Assembly (NCBI GenBank): GCA_019828565.1
Contig: JAHDYR010000011.1
Coordinates: 545,314 to 609,313 of the forward strand
Source of the DNA: Carpediemonas membranifera BICM
Taxonomy: Eukaryota > Protista > Fornicata
DNA length: 64,000 nucleotides
Reading direction: 5' to 3'
This document shows, piece by piece, positions 10,706 through 21,943 of this stretch (the first letter of the stretch is position 1; each line of letters starts with the position of its first letter). The translations under genes were made by a program, and so were the position numbers. The notes below the pieces were generated by a model. It did not search any database. It was not told the origin of the DNA and worked only from the letters and a program-made list of their open reading frames with translations.

Positions 10706-12061
10706 ATGGAGGGTGCACACATGACGCGGACGGATCTAGGTGATGTAGAACACACCAATGATCCGGACTTCCAGGAATTTGCCGAAGAACTGGCCTATGT
10801 CACCGACGAGGATGGCCAGATTCAAAGGCAGAAGCTAGAACTGTTCCTCGAGACCATACTTCCCGAATCAGACTGCAGCCGCGTGATTGACCGCTTATTC
10901 CCCGATGACGAGCCTTCCATCGATATCTACGCCGTCTTCAGCATCTTCAGAGAGATGGAGCCTGTCGGCGACGATGACGACCCCGGGGCCATCTCTGAGG
11001 CAGCCCTTTCCCCCGGCCATCGCAGCTCCAGCTCCACGCTGTCCCTTTCAGTTGTAGGACGGTCCCGCCGGCAGTCGGTGGCGTCACGCTCGGCTGTCCT
11101 CACGGACAAGATGGATGCCCTCTACAAGGAGGTTTCCGAGCTGAGAGGGGACAGAGACGCCCTGGCCGACGCCCTGGATAACATCGAGGAGGACAACGGC
11201 CGGGCTGCGGGTTACAAGACCCGACTGGATGGGATGGCCAGGACCTTGGACGCCGTCACGACGGAGCTTGACGAGACCAGGCAGGCACAGGCAGCCGCTG
11301 AAGAGGAGAACGAGGCTCTCAGACAGGCGTTGGACGCGTCGCAAAGGGACTCCGAGGCGCTTAGGCGGCAGCTCGACGCAGTTACTACCATCCGGGAGCT
11401 GCGTGAGAAGGTCGACTCGGCGACGGGGGATGTGGCCAGACTGGAGGCCCAGAACGAGCTGTTCGAGCAGCAGCGGTTGGCCCTGCTGGATTTACAAGAG
11501 GGTGTCGTCGCCGCGGTCAACCGCGAGCTGATGCGGCTCGAGGACTCATCGCTGCTCGTCGACCGCATCCACAGTGTGCTGAGTGAGGCCGAGGGTGCCA
11601 ACTGGAACACCTTTGGCGGGGTGACCTCCCCCGTGTTCGACCCCCGACTCCAGCTGGCCAGCCTCCACGTCAGCCCCGCTACCCCTGGCCGGAGCTCGGG
11701 CAGACCCCGTCGGGCTAGCCAGGTGTTCTCTCGCATCGCCCGTGACCATGAGCCTGGCCGCGGGTCACGGCAGTCGGACCCGATGCTGCCGGTGACGACC
11801 CACCGACTGCGGGATGACGTCTGTGTGGACGAGATAGTGGGGACAACGATGCGGGTCACTAAGGCGGAGGCCTCGCTCGAGGGCATCATGGACCATTTGA
11901 GTCGAATCCAGAGGCAGCTTGACGAGGTGACGGCCACGGTGCGAGAGGGGATGCCTCCCACTCCCGCTCGGACGTCGTTCGCGGTGACCATAGCAGTGGT
12001 GGCTGTGGCCATTGTAGCGGCAGTGGCGCTGCTGTACACGCTGCTGCGGGCCATACTCTAG
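10706..12061 (+). CDS. Coiled-coil protein with N-terminal EF-hand-like region and C-terminal transmembrane anchor
   Basis: DEDGQIQRQKL-like loop, heptad region, terminal hydrophobic helix FAVTIAVVAVAIVAAVALLYTLL. Confidence 0.65.
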   Translation: MEGAHMTRTDLGDVEHTNDPDFQEFAEELAYVTDEDGQIQRQKLELFLETILPESDCSRVIDRLFPDDEPSIDIYAVFSIFREMEPVGDDDDPGAISEAALSPGHRSSSSTLSLSVVGRSRRQSVASRSAVLTDKMDALYKEVSELRGDRDALADALDNIEEDNGRAAGYKTRLDGMARTLDAVTTELDETRQAQAAAEEENEALRQALDASQRDSEALRRQLDAVTTIRELREKVDSATGDVARLEAQNELFEQQRLALLDLQEGVVAAVNRELMRLEDSSLLVDRIHSVLSEAEGANWNTFGGVTSPVFDPRLQLASLHVSPATPGRSSGRPRRASQVFSRIARDHEPGRGSRQSDPMLPVTTHRLRDDVCVDEIVGTTMRVTKAEASLEGIMDHLSRIQRQLDEVTATVREGMPPTPARTSFAVTIAVVAVAIVAAVALLYTLLRAIL

Positions 12062-12214
12062 GATCCGGATCTGAAGTTTGGATTATGGTGATACATGTTA
12101 GGCAAGATAAAGAGGGGGGCAAGTATACGATCGTACTACTACTACGTACGCGCTCGCGCGCACGCCTTGGAGCCAGCCCGAGATGAGTTGGGCTAAACTG
12201 CTCATTCCTGACCA

Positions 12215-12678
12215 ATGTCCGCCATCTTCGCTGTTGCGCTTGTTGGCCCGAAGAACTCACCTTTATTCTTTCAAACCTTTGGCGATGTCGTTGTTTTGAA
12301 CCTTCAGTTCGTTGTTCATGCGGCGCTCGATGTGCTTGACGAGAAGAGTTTGTTTCTACGCATCTGTTTCACACAGTCCAGGATGAAAACCGGGAGGACC
12401 GCCGTAAGGACGATAACTTCCTCGGGCTCCTTCAGACGACTGATCGCTTCAAGGTCTGGGGCTACATTTCTTCAACCTTCCACAAGATCCTCATTGTCGC
12501 CGCTGAGAGCGTCCACCAGGCTGACATCAAGGTGATGATGACCAAGATCCATGCGCTATACGTCGACGCGTACTCTAACCCCTTCCATCCTATCGGTCGG
12601 CCCATTCATGCCGCGACGATGACAAAGGAGGTCGAAGCTCTCGCCACAGCAGTGGTGCTGCCCATGAGGGCTGTATGA
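12215..12678 (+). CDS. TRAPPC2L: TRAPP complex subunit TRAPPC2L (sedlin-like); intron at 12348-12376
   Basis: AVALVGPKNSPL, HAALDVLDEK, then after splicing FLGLL...FKVWGY...HALYVDAYSNPF. Confidence 0.85.
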
Positions 12679-12895
12679 AGTGGTCAGTGCGTTTATGAGA
12701 GCATGCCCGTGTATGATAGCAGAGCTGTAAATGCCGTGGGGTTTGACCGCTTTCGCTTGGTACGGGGATGCACACCAGGATTATCACATATCAGGGGCCT
12801 GCTGGTGCTAGTACGGACCTGTCTGAGGCTCAAGAGACCAAGGCCAGGGGAGATTGCAGCCGACCCCATTTGGTCACTCATTCATTGACACCGAT

Positions 12896-14362
12896 ATGTC
12901 GCAGCGAGAGGTCGATCGCTTCTATAAGATGGCCATTGACGCCACAACAGAAGGTGTTTCCGCTGAGGAGCAGGGAAAGATCTCTGACGCCGCTGCTTTC
13001 TACATTGCAGCGATCGAGTGCGCAAACAAGCTGTTCAAACATGCAGACGACCCCAATCTCAACACAGACAGCATCAATAAGATGAATTCTATGCTGAACT
13101 ACTATCCTCGCTGCTGGGAACGCATCACCAAGTTCAAGAAAGAGAAGACTGCCAAGCTGCCGAACAAACTCCCGACCAAGAAGCAGATTCCCACCCTTGA
13201 GAAGAAGCTGGCCGTGTACGCAAAGATAGCGCCCCCGCCGCCGGCCCCAGCTCCCGTAGCCCAGCCGACCCGCACGGCGACGATCGGGCCCAGCATCATG
13301 GCCAAGTACGGCCAACAGGCCGCAGCTATTGCCCAGGCCACCCAGCAGGCCAAGGCCGCCCAGGTACCAATGCGCCTCAACACCGCGAAGTCCCAGTCGG
13401 CGTCCAAAGAACCACCGTCGGATGATCCCCTTGTCCGCAAGATCCAGGACCACCCCGAGGCATCTAAGATCGACAAGGCGCTACGGGATACTATTCTGAG
13501 CGAGTGCGTGTCAACCTCGCTGAACGTGACCTTTGATGACATCGCCGGGCTTTCTGACGTGAAGAACGCCCTCAACGAGCTCATCGTTCTCCCCGCTCTC
13601 AAGCCGGAGTTCTTCACCGGCCTCAGAGCCCCGCCCAAGGGTCTGCTGGTCTACGGCCCACCCGGCAACGGCAAGACGATGATCGCCAAGGCGCTGGCCT
13701 CCGAGACGGACGCCGTGTTCTTCAGTATCAGCGCCTCGTCCCTCGTCAGCAAGTTCGTGGGCGAGAGCGAGAAGCTCATGCGGGCCCTGTTCACGGTCGC
13801 CCACGCCCTGCAGCCGGCCATTATCTTTATCGACGAGATCGACTCGATCCTCTCGGCCCGGTCGTCCAACGAGCACGAGGCCTCTAGGCGACTCAAGACG
13901 GAGTTCCTAGTCCGTATGGACGGTGTCGTGGCCGGGGACGAGGACCGCGTGGTCGTGCTAGCCGCCACTAACCGGCCCATGGAGCTCGACGACGCCGTGC
14001 TGCGGCGATTCCCCAAGCGGCTGCTCATCCCACTGCCTGACGCTGAGGGTCGGAGGGTGATGCTGAACACGATGCTGAGGAAGCAGAAGCACGGCCTGAG
14101 CAAGAGTGACATCGCCGAGATCGCCCAGTCCACCGACAACTACAGCGGAAGTGACCTCGCAGGCCTGGCGCGAGAGGCGGCGTTCTTCCCTGTGCGAGAG
14201 GTCCCTGCTGCAAAGCTGAAGAAGCTGAACGAGAAGGACCTGCGACAGATTAACATTGAAGACTTCAGAAAGGCCATGGGAGCAGTGCGGCCGAGCACGA
14301 CACCGATGCTGATGCAGCAGCTCAGGGAGTGGACGATGCAGTATGGCGCCATCGCCATGTGA
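12896..14362 (+). CDS. SPAST: Spastin-like microtubule-severing AAA ATPase (MIT-like N-terminus)
   Basis: GLLVYGPPGNGKT, IIFIDEIDS, EHEASRRLKTEFL, AATNRP, ALKPEFFTGLRAP. Confidence 0.85.
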   Translation: MSQREVDRFYKMAIDATTEGVSAEEQGKISDAAAFYIAAIECANKLFKHADDPNLNTDSINKMNSMLNYYPRCWERITKFKKEKTAKLPNKLPTKKQIPTLEKKLAVYAKIAPPPPAPAPVAQPTRTATIGPSIMAKYGQQAAAIAQATQQAKAAQVPMRLNTAKSQSASKEPPSDDPLVRKIQDHPEASKIDKALRDTILSECVSTSLNVTFDDIAGLSDVKNALNELIVLPALKPEFFTGLRAPPKGLLVYGPPGNGKTMIAKALASETDAVFFSISASSLVSKFVGESEKLMRALFTVAHALQPAIIFIDEIDSILSARSSNEHEASRRLKTEFLVRMDGVVAGDEDRVVVLAATNRPMELDDAVLRRFPKRLLIPLPDAEGRRVMLNTMLRKQKHGLSKSDIAEIAQSTDNYSGSDLAGLAREAAFFPVREVPAAKLKKLNEKDLRQINIEDFRKAMGAVRPSTTPMLMQQLREWTMQYGAIAM

Positions 14363-14946
14363 GGGTGTGACTGATGATGTTTGAATAAAGCGCACGCGTG
14401 GAATAATCAATTGATTTGGGGTGTCGTTGAGTAGTTCCAAGCCCAGCAACACGGATGTTTACAATCAGCACTTCAACCGCAGAACTACTTCCGCAGCATC
14501 GAGAACCTTCACCAAAAGCTTAGAACGCGAAGGCGGTGTGGTTGAGCTTGAGTTTAGTGTACTTTGGAGATAGCAGTGTCCGAAATATTACCGAGTAACA
14601 ATCGCAATGTCCTCGTTCTACTTGGCGGTGTGACACTACTAAGTTCGATCACAGCAGTGAATCATTATGGTCGATCTCACAGGGTGAGGGTGGCGGCAAC
14701 CCTCATTCGCTGGGGCCTCAAGTGTGTTCCCAGCACACATCGCTATCTCTATCGCCTTGGGCAAGGTCGGCCCCGTCTCCGCTTGGTGTGGCCGTCTCCC
14801 AGAGTGTAGTGCAGTTCATTTAATCAAATATCAATCAATTCTGGTGGTGGCCGCTGCTCTCGCCGGTGGCCCCCACACAGTGTAGTTGCGTCACTCGCTG
14901 TTCGTGAATGTTTCTCATTGATGTTCATTCCACCAGGTCGACCACA

Positions 14947-15243
14947 CCCTTTACCCTCGACGACGCCGTCGCCACCTACGCCCGCCTCATGGACATGCGC
15001 ACCGAGGGCTGCGTCGAGATGACCTTCGCCGAGCGCAAGCGCGTCCACAACCTCAAGTACTTCACCTTCGTGGAGCAGCAGGGCAAGACCGTCGAGGAGC
15101 TCAACGCCCAGTGGTACGACCGCAACTACTGGCAGCGCGAGCTCGGTATGGCTGATGCCCTCAACGTGCGCATCGCGGAGTTCAACAAGCACATCCTTGC
15201 TGGCAAGACCGTGGCTGAGTTCCTCAAGGAGCACTCTCACTAA
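14947..15243 (+). pseudogene. Truncated 3' fragment of the PLP enzyme gene carried by the duplication
   Basis: Last ~95 codons of 2517-4036 only. Confidence 0.85.
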
Positions 15244-15308
15244 ACTACCCACTAATAAACTACCCATCTTGGCACCTGCTTGTCTGCCCAATACTTTATA
15301 CAGCGACT

Positions 15309-17996
15309 CTACTCCTTCTGAGTCAGCAGCCGTTCGACGGCCTCGGCGTCGTCCAGCATCTCCTCGATCCGGCCCGCGCCATCGAGCTGCATCGCACAGC
15401 CGAGCAGCGTGCCCCTGCACGACCGCACGAGGGTGCTGAGCCGCACCTTGGCGTTGGTGGCGAGGTCGCCATCCTCCAGGATCTCGGTCAGACACTGAAT
15501 GACGCCCCTGACGCCCGCAGTGTACCGCTCGAACCTCTGGGCCACCTCCTCGGGCTCGCCCACCTGAGCAAGCAGACTGTCGGCATTGGCGTACAGCTTC
15601 TGGAAGCCCTCGATAACATGGGTCGCCTTGTCCAGCACCGCCTTCGTCTCGATCAGTCTCCGCTTGTCCTTGTCCGCCTGGGCGATGGCTGCGGTCGTCT
15701 CGTTGAACTCTGAGTGCATGGACTCGAGAGCGGCGTCGATCTTGGCCCGCTCCGCGAGCAGCGCCCTGTTCATCGCCTCGGCGTTCTCCACCTCGGCCTG
15801 CAGCTCAGCCTTCTTGTTGTGCAGCGCCTTGATCTCGTTGTCGACCGATCTCGTGGGCTGCCCGGTGCGCTTGAGCTTGTCCCTGTTGATGATCTGCGCG
15901 ATGCTCTTGTCCAGCTCGTTCTTGTTCCTCTGCAGCTGCAGCATCGTCCGGCGCTTGAGCTCGTTGATGCTCTTCTCCAGGTCGGAGAGGTTCTTCTTCA
16001 TCCGCGTGATCTCCCGTCGGAGCATCTCGAGCTCTCCCTGGCCCTCCTTGGGGTCCAGCGCCTCCTGCATCTCCTTCTGCATCGTCAGGTTCCGCTGGAT
16101 CTGCATGTTCTCGGCCTCCGACAGCGCCAGGTTCTCGCGGGCAAGGTCGTGGGCCGTCTCGAGCGCGAGTCGCTTCTCGTCGAGCTGCGCGTACTTCTCC
16201 TCCCAGGCAGCCAGCTCCCCGGCCATCTCCATCTCCAGCGTCCGCACCTCGCTCGACCTCTTCTCCTGCGCAGCCTTCTGGGCGGCGAGCTGCTCGTTCA
16301 GGCCCTGGTGCCGGAGGTGCAGGTCGTTGGCGGTCCTGGCGAGGGTCTTGATCTGGCGGTTGAACTCGTCAACGGCGGCGTTGAGGCGGTCTCTCTTCGT
16401 CGCGAGGGTGGAGAGGTCCCGGGAGACAGAGTCCAGCTTGGCCCGGGTCGCCTCGATCTCGCCCTTCGTCGAGACCGACTGCGCTTGGGCGCTCAGCCAT
16501 CTCTGCTGGAGTAGCTCGCTCTCGTCAGCCACGTGCTGGATCTCGTTCGTGAGGGAGGCGATGGTGCTCTCCAGGGGGCCGGTGTTCTCGTCCACGCCCC
16601 GCTTCGTCAGTTCGCCGAGCTTCTTGTTGAGGGCGTCCTGCTCCTTGCTCCGCTTGGCGATCTCGTCTGTCATCTGCGTCATCTGGCGGTCGTACTGGGA
16701 CAGCAGGTCCTGCTGCGAGCTGATCTCGGCCTCGAGCTCGTCGTGGAATGCACTGAGCTTCATGATGCGGCCGTCAATCGACATCTGGTCCATTCTCAGG
16801 CGAGCAATGTCGTTCTCCGTCTTCGCAATCTCCTCGTGGGTGCCGTAGATCTCGTCCATCATCTTCCTCGTGTCTGTCTGGTACTGCGCGGTCTCGGCAC
16901 TCAGCCCGCGGACGTCGTTCTGCTTCTCGCTAAGCTCCTCCTCAAGCTTGCGCTTCTCCTCGACGGCCTTGCGGTAGGCCTTGTCCTCCTGCTCCTTCTC
17001 CCGCAGTGCCTTGCTCGCCTCGGCCCGAGACTGCTCGGTGTCGCGGGACATGGCCTCAAGGGCGTCTGCGAGTTCAACGGCCTCCTCGTCGAGCGCGGCG
17101 TTGCGCTGCTTCGAGTCTGCCAGCTTGCGGCGCTCGGTGACGATCGTCTGGTCGATCTGCCGGACCCGCTGCTGCATGGTCGCCTGGCTCAGCTGGCTCG
17201 CACGAATCTCGGCCTGGAGCCCGCGGAGCGTCGCCTCGTGGTCCATGCGCTGCCTCCGCTTCATCTCAAGGGCCTCGTGCTGCCTGGTGTAGGCGATGTT
17301 GCGTGCCTCCAAGCCTTGGCGGGCCGTGACGATGTCGCGATCGACCTGTGCCCGCTTCTTGGCGAACTCGACGAGCTTCTCCTCAAAGGTCTCCTGCATG
17401 CTGTCGGCCTTGCGGATCTCTTCGGCCTGGAGCTCGCGCTGCTCCTTCAGCAGCACGATGTCCTCCTCGGAGGTCGCCAGCCGGGACTCCAGCGCCGTGA
17501 TGGCCATATCCTGGAGGAGCTTGTCGTTCTCGAACTTCTTGATGTCCTCCTCGGTGCGGTAGGCCACTCTTCTGCGCGTGGCGACCTCTTTCGACATCTG
17601 CTCCTGGTGGGTGGCGAGCGTCGCGAGGACGGCAGTCTGCTCGTTCTCGTCGTGGAGCAGATCTGCAAGCTGGCGGTCGGTCGCCTGGGAGCGCTCAACG
17701 GCGGCTTCGTGGCGGGCCAGAAGGGACTGCTTGGATGCCTTCAGATCCTCCGCTGTCTTCTCGGCCTCCTCGCGTCTCTCCGAGGAGACATGGATGCCCG
17801 CAACGCGCCTGGCCAGTTCCTGCTGGCGGTTGTAGAGCGTAGCACCGATCGTCTCCCGTTCCTTGCTCACGGACGCAATCTGCGCGTTTCTGTCCCTTAC
17901 CAGGACAGCCAGGCGCTGATATGCCTCCTCGTAGTTCTTGCAAAGCGCCTCGAGGACCTCAGGCGTGAAGTCTCCAATCAGGTCAGTGTCGTCCAT
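15309..17996 (-). CDS. CCDC40: CCDC40/FAP172-like coiled-coil protein, copy 2 (intact)
   Basis: Uninterrupted ORF of about 895 aa from MDDTDLIG. Confidence 0.75.
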   Translation of the reverse strand: MDDTDLIGDFTPEVLEALCKNYEEAYQRLAVLVRDRNAQIASVSKERETIGATLYNRQQELARRVAGIHVSSERREEAEKTAEDLKASKQSLLARHEAAVERSQATDRQLADLLHDENEQTAVLATLATHQEQMSKEVATRRRVAYRTEEDIKKFENDKLLQDMAITALESRLATSEEDIVLLKEQRELQAEEIRKADSMQETFEEKLVEFAKKRAQVDRDIVTARQGLEARNIAYTRQHEALEMKRRQRMDHEATLRGLQAEIRASQLSQATMQQRVRQIDQTIVTERRKLADSKQRNAALDEEAVELADALEAMSRDTEQSRAEASKALREKEQEDKAYRKAVEEKRKLEEELSEKQNDVRGLSAETAQYQTDTRKMMDEIYGTHEEIAKTENDIARLRMDQMSIDGRIMKLSAFHDELEAEISSQQDLLSQYDRQMTQMTDEIAKRSKEQDALNKKLGELTKRGVDENTGPLESTIASLTNEIQHVADESELLQQRWLSAQAQSVSTKGEIEATRAKLDSVSRDLSTLATKRDRLNAAVDEFNRQIKTLARTANDLHLRHQGLNEQLAAQKAAQEKRSSEVRTLEMEMAGELAAWEEKYAQLDEKRLALETAHDLARENLALSEAENMQIQRNLTMQKEMQEALDPKEGQGELEMLRREITRMKKNLSDLEKSINELKRRTMLQLQRNKNELDKSIAQIINRDKLKRTGQPTRSVDNEIKALHNKKAELQAEVENAEAMNRALLAERAKIDAALESMHSEFNETTAAIAQADKDKRRLIETKAVLDKATHVIEGFQKLYANADSLLAQVGEPEEVAQRFERYTAGVRGVIQCLTEILEDGDLATNAKVRLSTLVRSCRGTLLGCAMQLDGAGRIEEMLDDAEAVERLLTQKE

Positions 17997-18477
17997 CTCG
18001 AATTTTGTGCCGTGCCGTAATCTGCACCGAGGGCCAGAGGCCGACAATCAGTGGTTGACTGGGTGGTGGCAAGGCGCTGGTTTTCGCACAGTGTTGATGT
18101 ATCTCCTTATGGTGTTTGCCAATCTCCTGTAATTTCACACGGCTTCAGCCCGGCGGCAGCGGCACGCGAAGCCAGGGTTCGCATCATGCGTCGAGGATAC
18201 AGTGGGGATTACACCTTGGACCGGGCATCTTTTGTCACTGACACGAATCCCATCCCGTCTGCAGTTGAACCAACGAGGTGATCCGGTGACAGCGACAGGT
18301 CGAGACTGGCGTGGTTTCCGGGAGTATGGACCCAGAACCCCCATTTGGCGCAGATATATCTTCAACTGATGAAATGTGATTCGATCTTTTCGTACCCTCC
18401 TAATCGCAACTGATTGCCATCAGTCTGTAATCGAAGCGTCGAACAACGATTGCGACAGAACGGAAAGAACAGGCAAT

Positions 18478-19045
18478 ATGAACGAGCAGGCGTTCTATGT
18501 TGCCGCCCAGTTGAAAGCACTCACACAACCAACCGTCAAGCCACGGTTTCGATGGACGAGCGCTCATCACAAAACATTTGCAGACATAGTGATACGTCTC
18601 GGTATCAAAAGCGCAAGACCAAGGCACATTCTAGCTGTTTGTTTCATTCCACCACCTTACCCAGGAGATGCAGAAGGTGTTCCCCGAGTCGTCGATCTCT
18701 CGCGACAACGTTTCCAGCCACCTCCAGAAGTACCGCCAGTACGCGCTCAAGTCACTTCGCCTCGAGGCGCATCAGCTCAGTGACGCACATGGCGAGATCA
18801 TGCGCCGGCTCGAGGCAGCCGGAAAGCACATGGTACCAGACATCGCAGCCATGATGAAGGAGTCCACCCCTCAGACAGTGCAGGTGATCATCAACACGGA
18901 CTCGCCCCCAAGGTCGAGGTCGGTGTCCAACTCCCATGCTGGGAGCCCACTCGTGTCGTGCACGCAGTCGCCCGTCACTGAGTGGAATCGGTTCATGCCG
19001 AAGACCGTGGTTCCCGTTGTGAGAGACCCGGACCGCGAGTGGTGA
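18478..19045 (+). CDS. GARP/SHAQKYF-class Myb-like transcription factor; intron at 18637-18664
   Basis: KPRFRWTSAHHKTF...LG.KSARPRHIL | ISRDNVSSHLQKYR. Confidence 0.9.
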
Positions 19046-19202
19046 GGGGAGCTGGTGGATGGGTCGACCCCGGTCATGTCCGGTAACGTAGCACGGATCA
19101 ATAGGCATATGAATGAAGGTCAGCACGACAGTCTCGAGGTCGATAAGCCTGAGTTGCGTTGAGAATTTTGCTCCTGACATAAACTGCACCAAGAAATGAC
19201 AG

Positions 19203-20459
19203 ATGTCGACGGAAACGCCAATTGCCCATTCAGGTATTCAAGATCCACTTGCATCAGTACGATTTAGAAACGCAGATAATGTAACCCTTATCAAAACACC
19301 AGTAGAAAGCATGGAGGAGAGCATAGACGGGATGCATGAGCCCGAGCCTCTCCAGGTCTCTCCTGAACCCGAATACGATTATCAACAGGAAGAGGTGGAA
19401 GAAATAGAGGAGGAGGAAGAGATGGAAGAGGAAGAAGAGGAGTTGGAGGAGACTCTCCGCGAGCAAGCCCGCAAAGCCGAAAAATTGCGCGATTTCCTCA
19501 ATGAGCTGTGCGGCCGCCTGTATGAGATGGCGCCCAGCTCACCATACGACGTATCTGCCATTGTAGACCACCGCAACATCGTGCCCGACGAGTACTTCTC
19601 GGCCGAGCGCTCCTGGAAGATGCTCAACCCCGTCCTCGCCAACATCCGCGCCGCCCTCGACGCATTTCCTGATAACGTTGAATACGGCCAGCCTGAGCTG
19701 CGTGAGAGCAGGATGATCCGTGCCCCGCTGGGCGGAGCCATGGAGCGGGCCCGTCGACGGATGGCATGCAGGGGGGTCGGGGTCAGGGGCGGTTTGGTCG
19801 AGAGCACGCCTGTTCCAGTATCATTCGACATGCCTGAGCAGATCCAGAGGCCACAGAACCCGCATCAATGGCAACCGCAGCCTCAGCAGCGCAAGGCAAA
19901 GATCGTGGCAAAGCAACCGAAGCCCAAACCCAAGGTCCCAAAGGCCGAAACCTGGTCAGTCCCGTTCCCGGACGACAAGGTGAAGCGCGCCAAGGCAAAG
20001 AGCAAGGCGACCCAGTCTGCCCCGGCCAAGAAGGTCCGGGCAATCATCGTCGAGCACCCCCCACGGACATCGGTCATTGATGAGATGCAGCAGACTGTCA
20101 GGAATAACACGGAGGACACCGCAGTGGAGGCTTCTCTGACTGACATTCAGACTGACCTGCAAGACTCCGTGGCGAGTCAGGTAGCGTATCTTCAGAGTCG
20201 CGGCCACATGGGCGAATTCTCGCCGGAGAGCATCCATTCGGTGGACAACGAGTACAGCGTGAGCCGGTGTGTCGAGCCCTCGCTCCTGGGCGATCGGTCG
20301 ACAATTGTCAGCCACGAGGGCGCCTCTGCGGTTGATGAGTCACTTGACCGGTCGAACCGTATCCGCGAGGTCGGGTTCCAGGCCATCCACGCCATGGATG
20401 ACGTGCTCGAGCAGTACAGGCAGCTCGGTGTCATCGCTAACAGCTCGATTTCTGGATGA
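19203..20459 (+). CDS. Hypothetical protein (Glu-rich N-terminus, low complexity)
   Basis: 418-aa ORF preceded by TAAACTGC motif. Confidence 0.65.
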   Translation: MSTETPIAHSGIQDPLASVRFRNADNVTLIKTPVESMEESIDGMHEPEPLQVSPEPEYDYQQEEVEEIEEEEEMEEEEEELEETLREQARKAEKLRDFLNELCGRLYEMAPSSPYDVSAIVDHRNIVPDEYFSAERSWKMLNPVLANIRAALDAFPDNVEYGQPELRESRMIRAPLGGAMERARRRMACRGVGVRGGLVESTPVPVSFDMPEQIQRPQNPHQWQPQPQQRKAKIVAKQPKPKPKVPKAETWSVPFPDDKVKRAKAKSKATQSAPAKKVRAIIVEHPPRTSVIDEMQQTVRNNTEDTAVEASLTDIQTDLQDSVASQVAYLQSRGHMGEFSPESIHSVDNEYSVSRCVEPSLLGDRSTIVSHEGASAVDESLDRSNRIREVGFQAIHAMDDVLEQYRQLGVIANSSISG

Positions 20460-20729
20460 GTGTGGCGAAGGAGGACTGTCACGCTGTAGTAAAGTTTAAT
20501 AAACACGTAAATGGAGCAGTGCTCAAGTTCGTTTGATTTACTTATTTCTGTCAACCCGACGGATGCCACTACACTTGACCAACTTAGTGCCCATACAAAC
20601 ACTCCCCTCGGGCATCCGTGGCCCGGCGAAACTGCGAACCCGTGCGCCAGCCTAGGAGGCTCATTGCCCCAGGCTAGCGCACTACGGCTGCCAAACCCGG
20701 CGGGGCTCTCTGGTTGAGGTTTGATAAAT

Positions 20730-21047
20730 TCAACCTCCCTCAGAAACTCCGAGAACATGGCGCCAATTAACATCCTTTCGCCTTTGGTCTCTCCTGTGGA
20801 GGTCGACCAGCGGACCATCTGACACTGTAAAGCACTGGTTGGCTACACGCCGAGAGAAGAGGGCCTTCAATGTCTCAACGGAGGCGGTTGACGTCATGCT
20901 CCCCTCGTCATCCGCTGTCAGACTCCAGGTCACAGCCTCTTGCGCTCTTCTCGGCAGGGTTCGTTGCTTGATGCCCTGGTGTGGGGTGTCATTCAGTACA
21001 CCGGAAGCACGGATTAGCTCGATCAACTTTGAACTGGTACTCCCCAT
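20730..21047 (-). CDS. Small hypothetical protein with possible N-myristoylation motif
   Basis: 105-aa ATG ORF starting MGSTSSK, divergent from DTD1. Confidence 0.35.
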   Translation of the reverse strand: MGSTSSKLIELIRASGVLNDTPHQGIKQRTLPRRAQEAVTWSLTADDEGSMTSTASVETLKALFSRRVANQCFTVSDGPLVDLHRRDQRRKDVNWRHVLGVSEGG

Positions 21048-21092
21048 ATTTGTCTAGACATGTAACACGTAAAGACGGAGGCGAAAACTGGG

Positions 21093-21731
21093 ATGAGAGC
21101 GATTATCCAGCGTGTGAAGCGTGCATCGGTTACTGTTGATGACGAAGTTATTGGCGATATTGGGAAGGGCCTCTGCGTGCTCGTAGGCATCACACGTGAT
21201 GATATTCCGCTTGATCTGGACTTCATGGCCAAGAAGATCGCCGGGATTCGTCTATTCGACGATTCAGAGGGGAATCCGTGGACAAAGTCTGCCAAGGATG
21301 TCGGCGGCGGCATTCTTCTTGTCAGCCAGTTCACCCTGTGCGCCCAGCTCAAGGGCAACCGGCCCGACTACCACGATGCCCTCGACGGATCACTCAGCGA
21401 GGGCATGTTCAACCAGCTCGTAGAACAGGTGAAGAAGATCCACGGTGATAACGTGGCCACCGGCAGGTTTGGCGCCGACATGGATGTTATGATCGTCAAC
21501 GACGGTCCTTGCACAATCGAGATCGACTCCCGCAAGTCGGAGTATCTTGAGTCCTCCATGTATTCTAGGGTCGGCCAGAAAAACGTCGAGAAGTACTTCA
21601 GGCAGCTTGAGAAGCAGGCTCAGATTGAGGCAAACAGGAAGGCCAAGGCCGCGCTCAAGCAGCAGCAGAAGGCCGCGAAACTTGCGGGGGAGCTAGCGAA
21701 TATTGCTCATGAGGCCGAAGCTAAGGAGTAA
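21093..21731 (+). CDS. DTD1: D-aminoacyl-tRNA deacylase
   Basis: MRAIIQRV, LVSQFTL, KGNRP, FGADM.V.IVNDGP. Confidence 0.95.
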   Translation: MRAIIQRVKRASVTVDDEVIGDIGKGLCVLVGITRDDIPLDLDFMAKKIAGIRLFDDSEGNPWTKSAKDVGGGILLVSQFTLCAQLKGNRPDYHDALDGSLSEGMFNQLVEQVKKIHGDNVATGRFGADMDVMIVNDGPCTIEIDSRKSEYLESSMYSRVGQKNVEKYFRQLEKQAQIEANRKAKAALKQQQKAAKLAGELANIAHEAEAKE

Positions 21732-21943
21732 ACTTCGTGCTTAAGCAAATCACACGGAATTTCGTAAGAGTCACGAATCGACTCAGACTCGAGAATCGAT
21801 GTCTTGACCTAGCCCACATGCCACAGAGCACCATGGCCGCTAAACAATGGGCGCATGAAGCATAGTCGGCTTCTCAGTCCGACAGGCGACGGTGTTTGGA
21901 GTCGAGGCAAGTCGCACAGAAAGAACACCAGCGATTTGGCCAT

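Larger units (their letters stand above)
14947..18087 (+). repeat. Segmental duplication, copy B
   Basis: Near-identical to 3740-6881. Confidence 0.95.
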
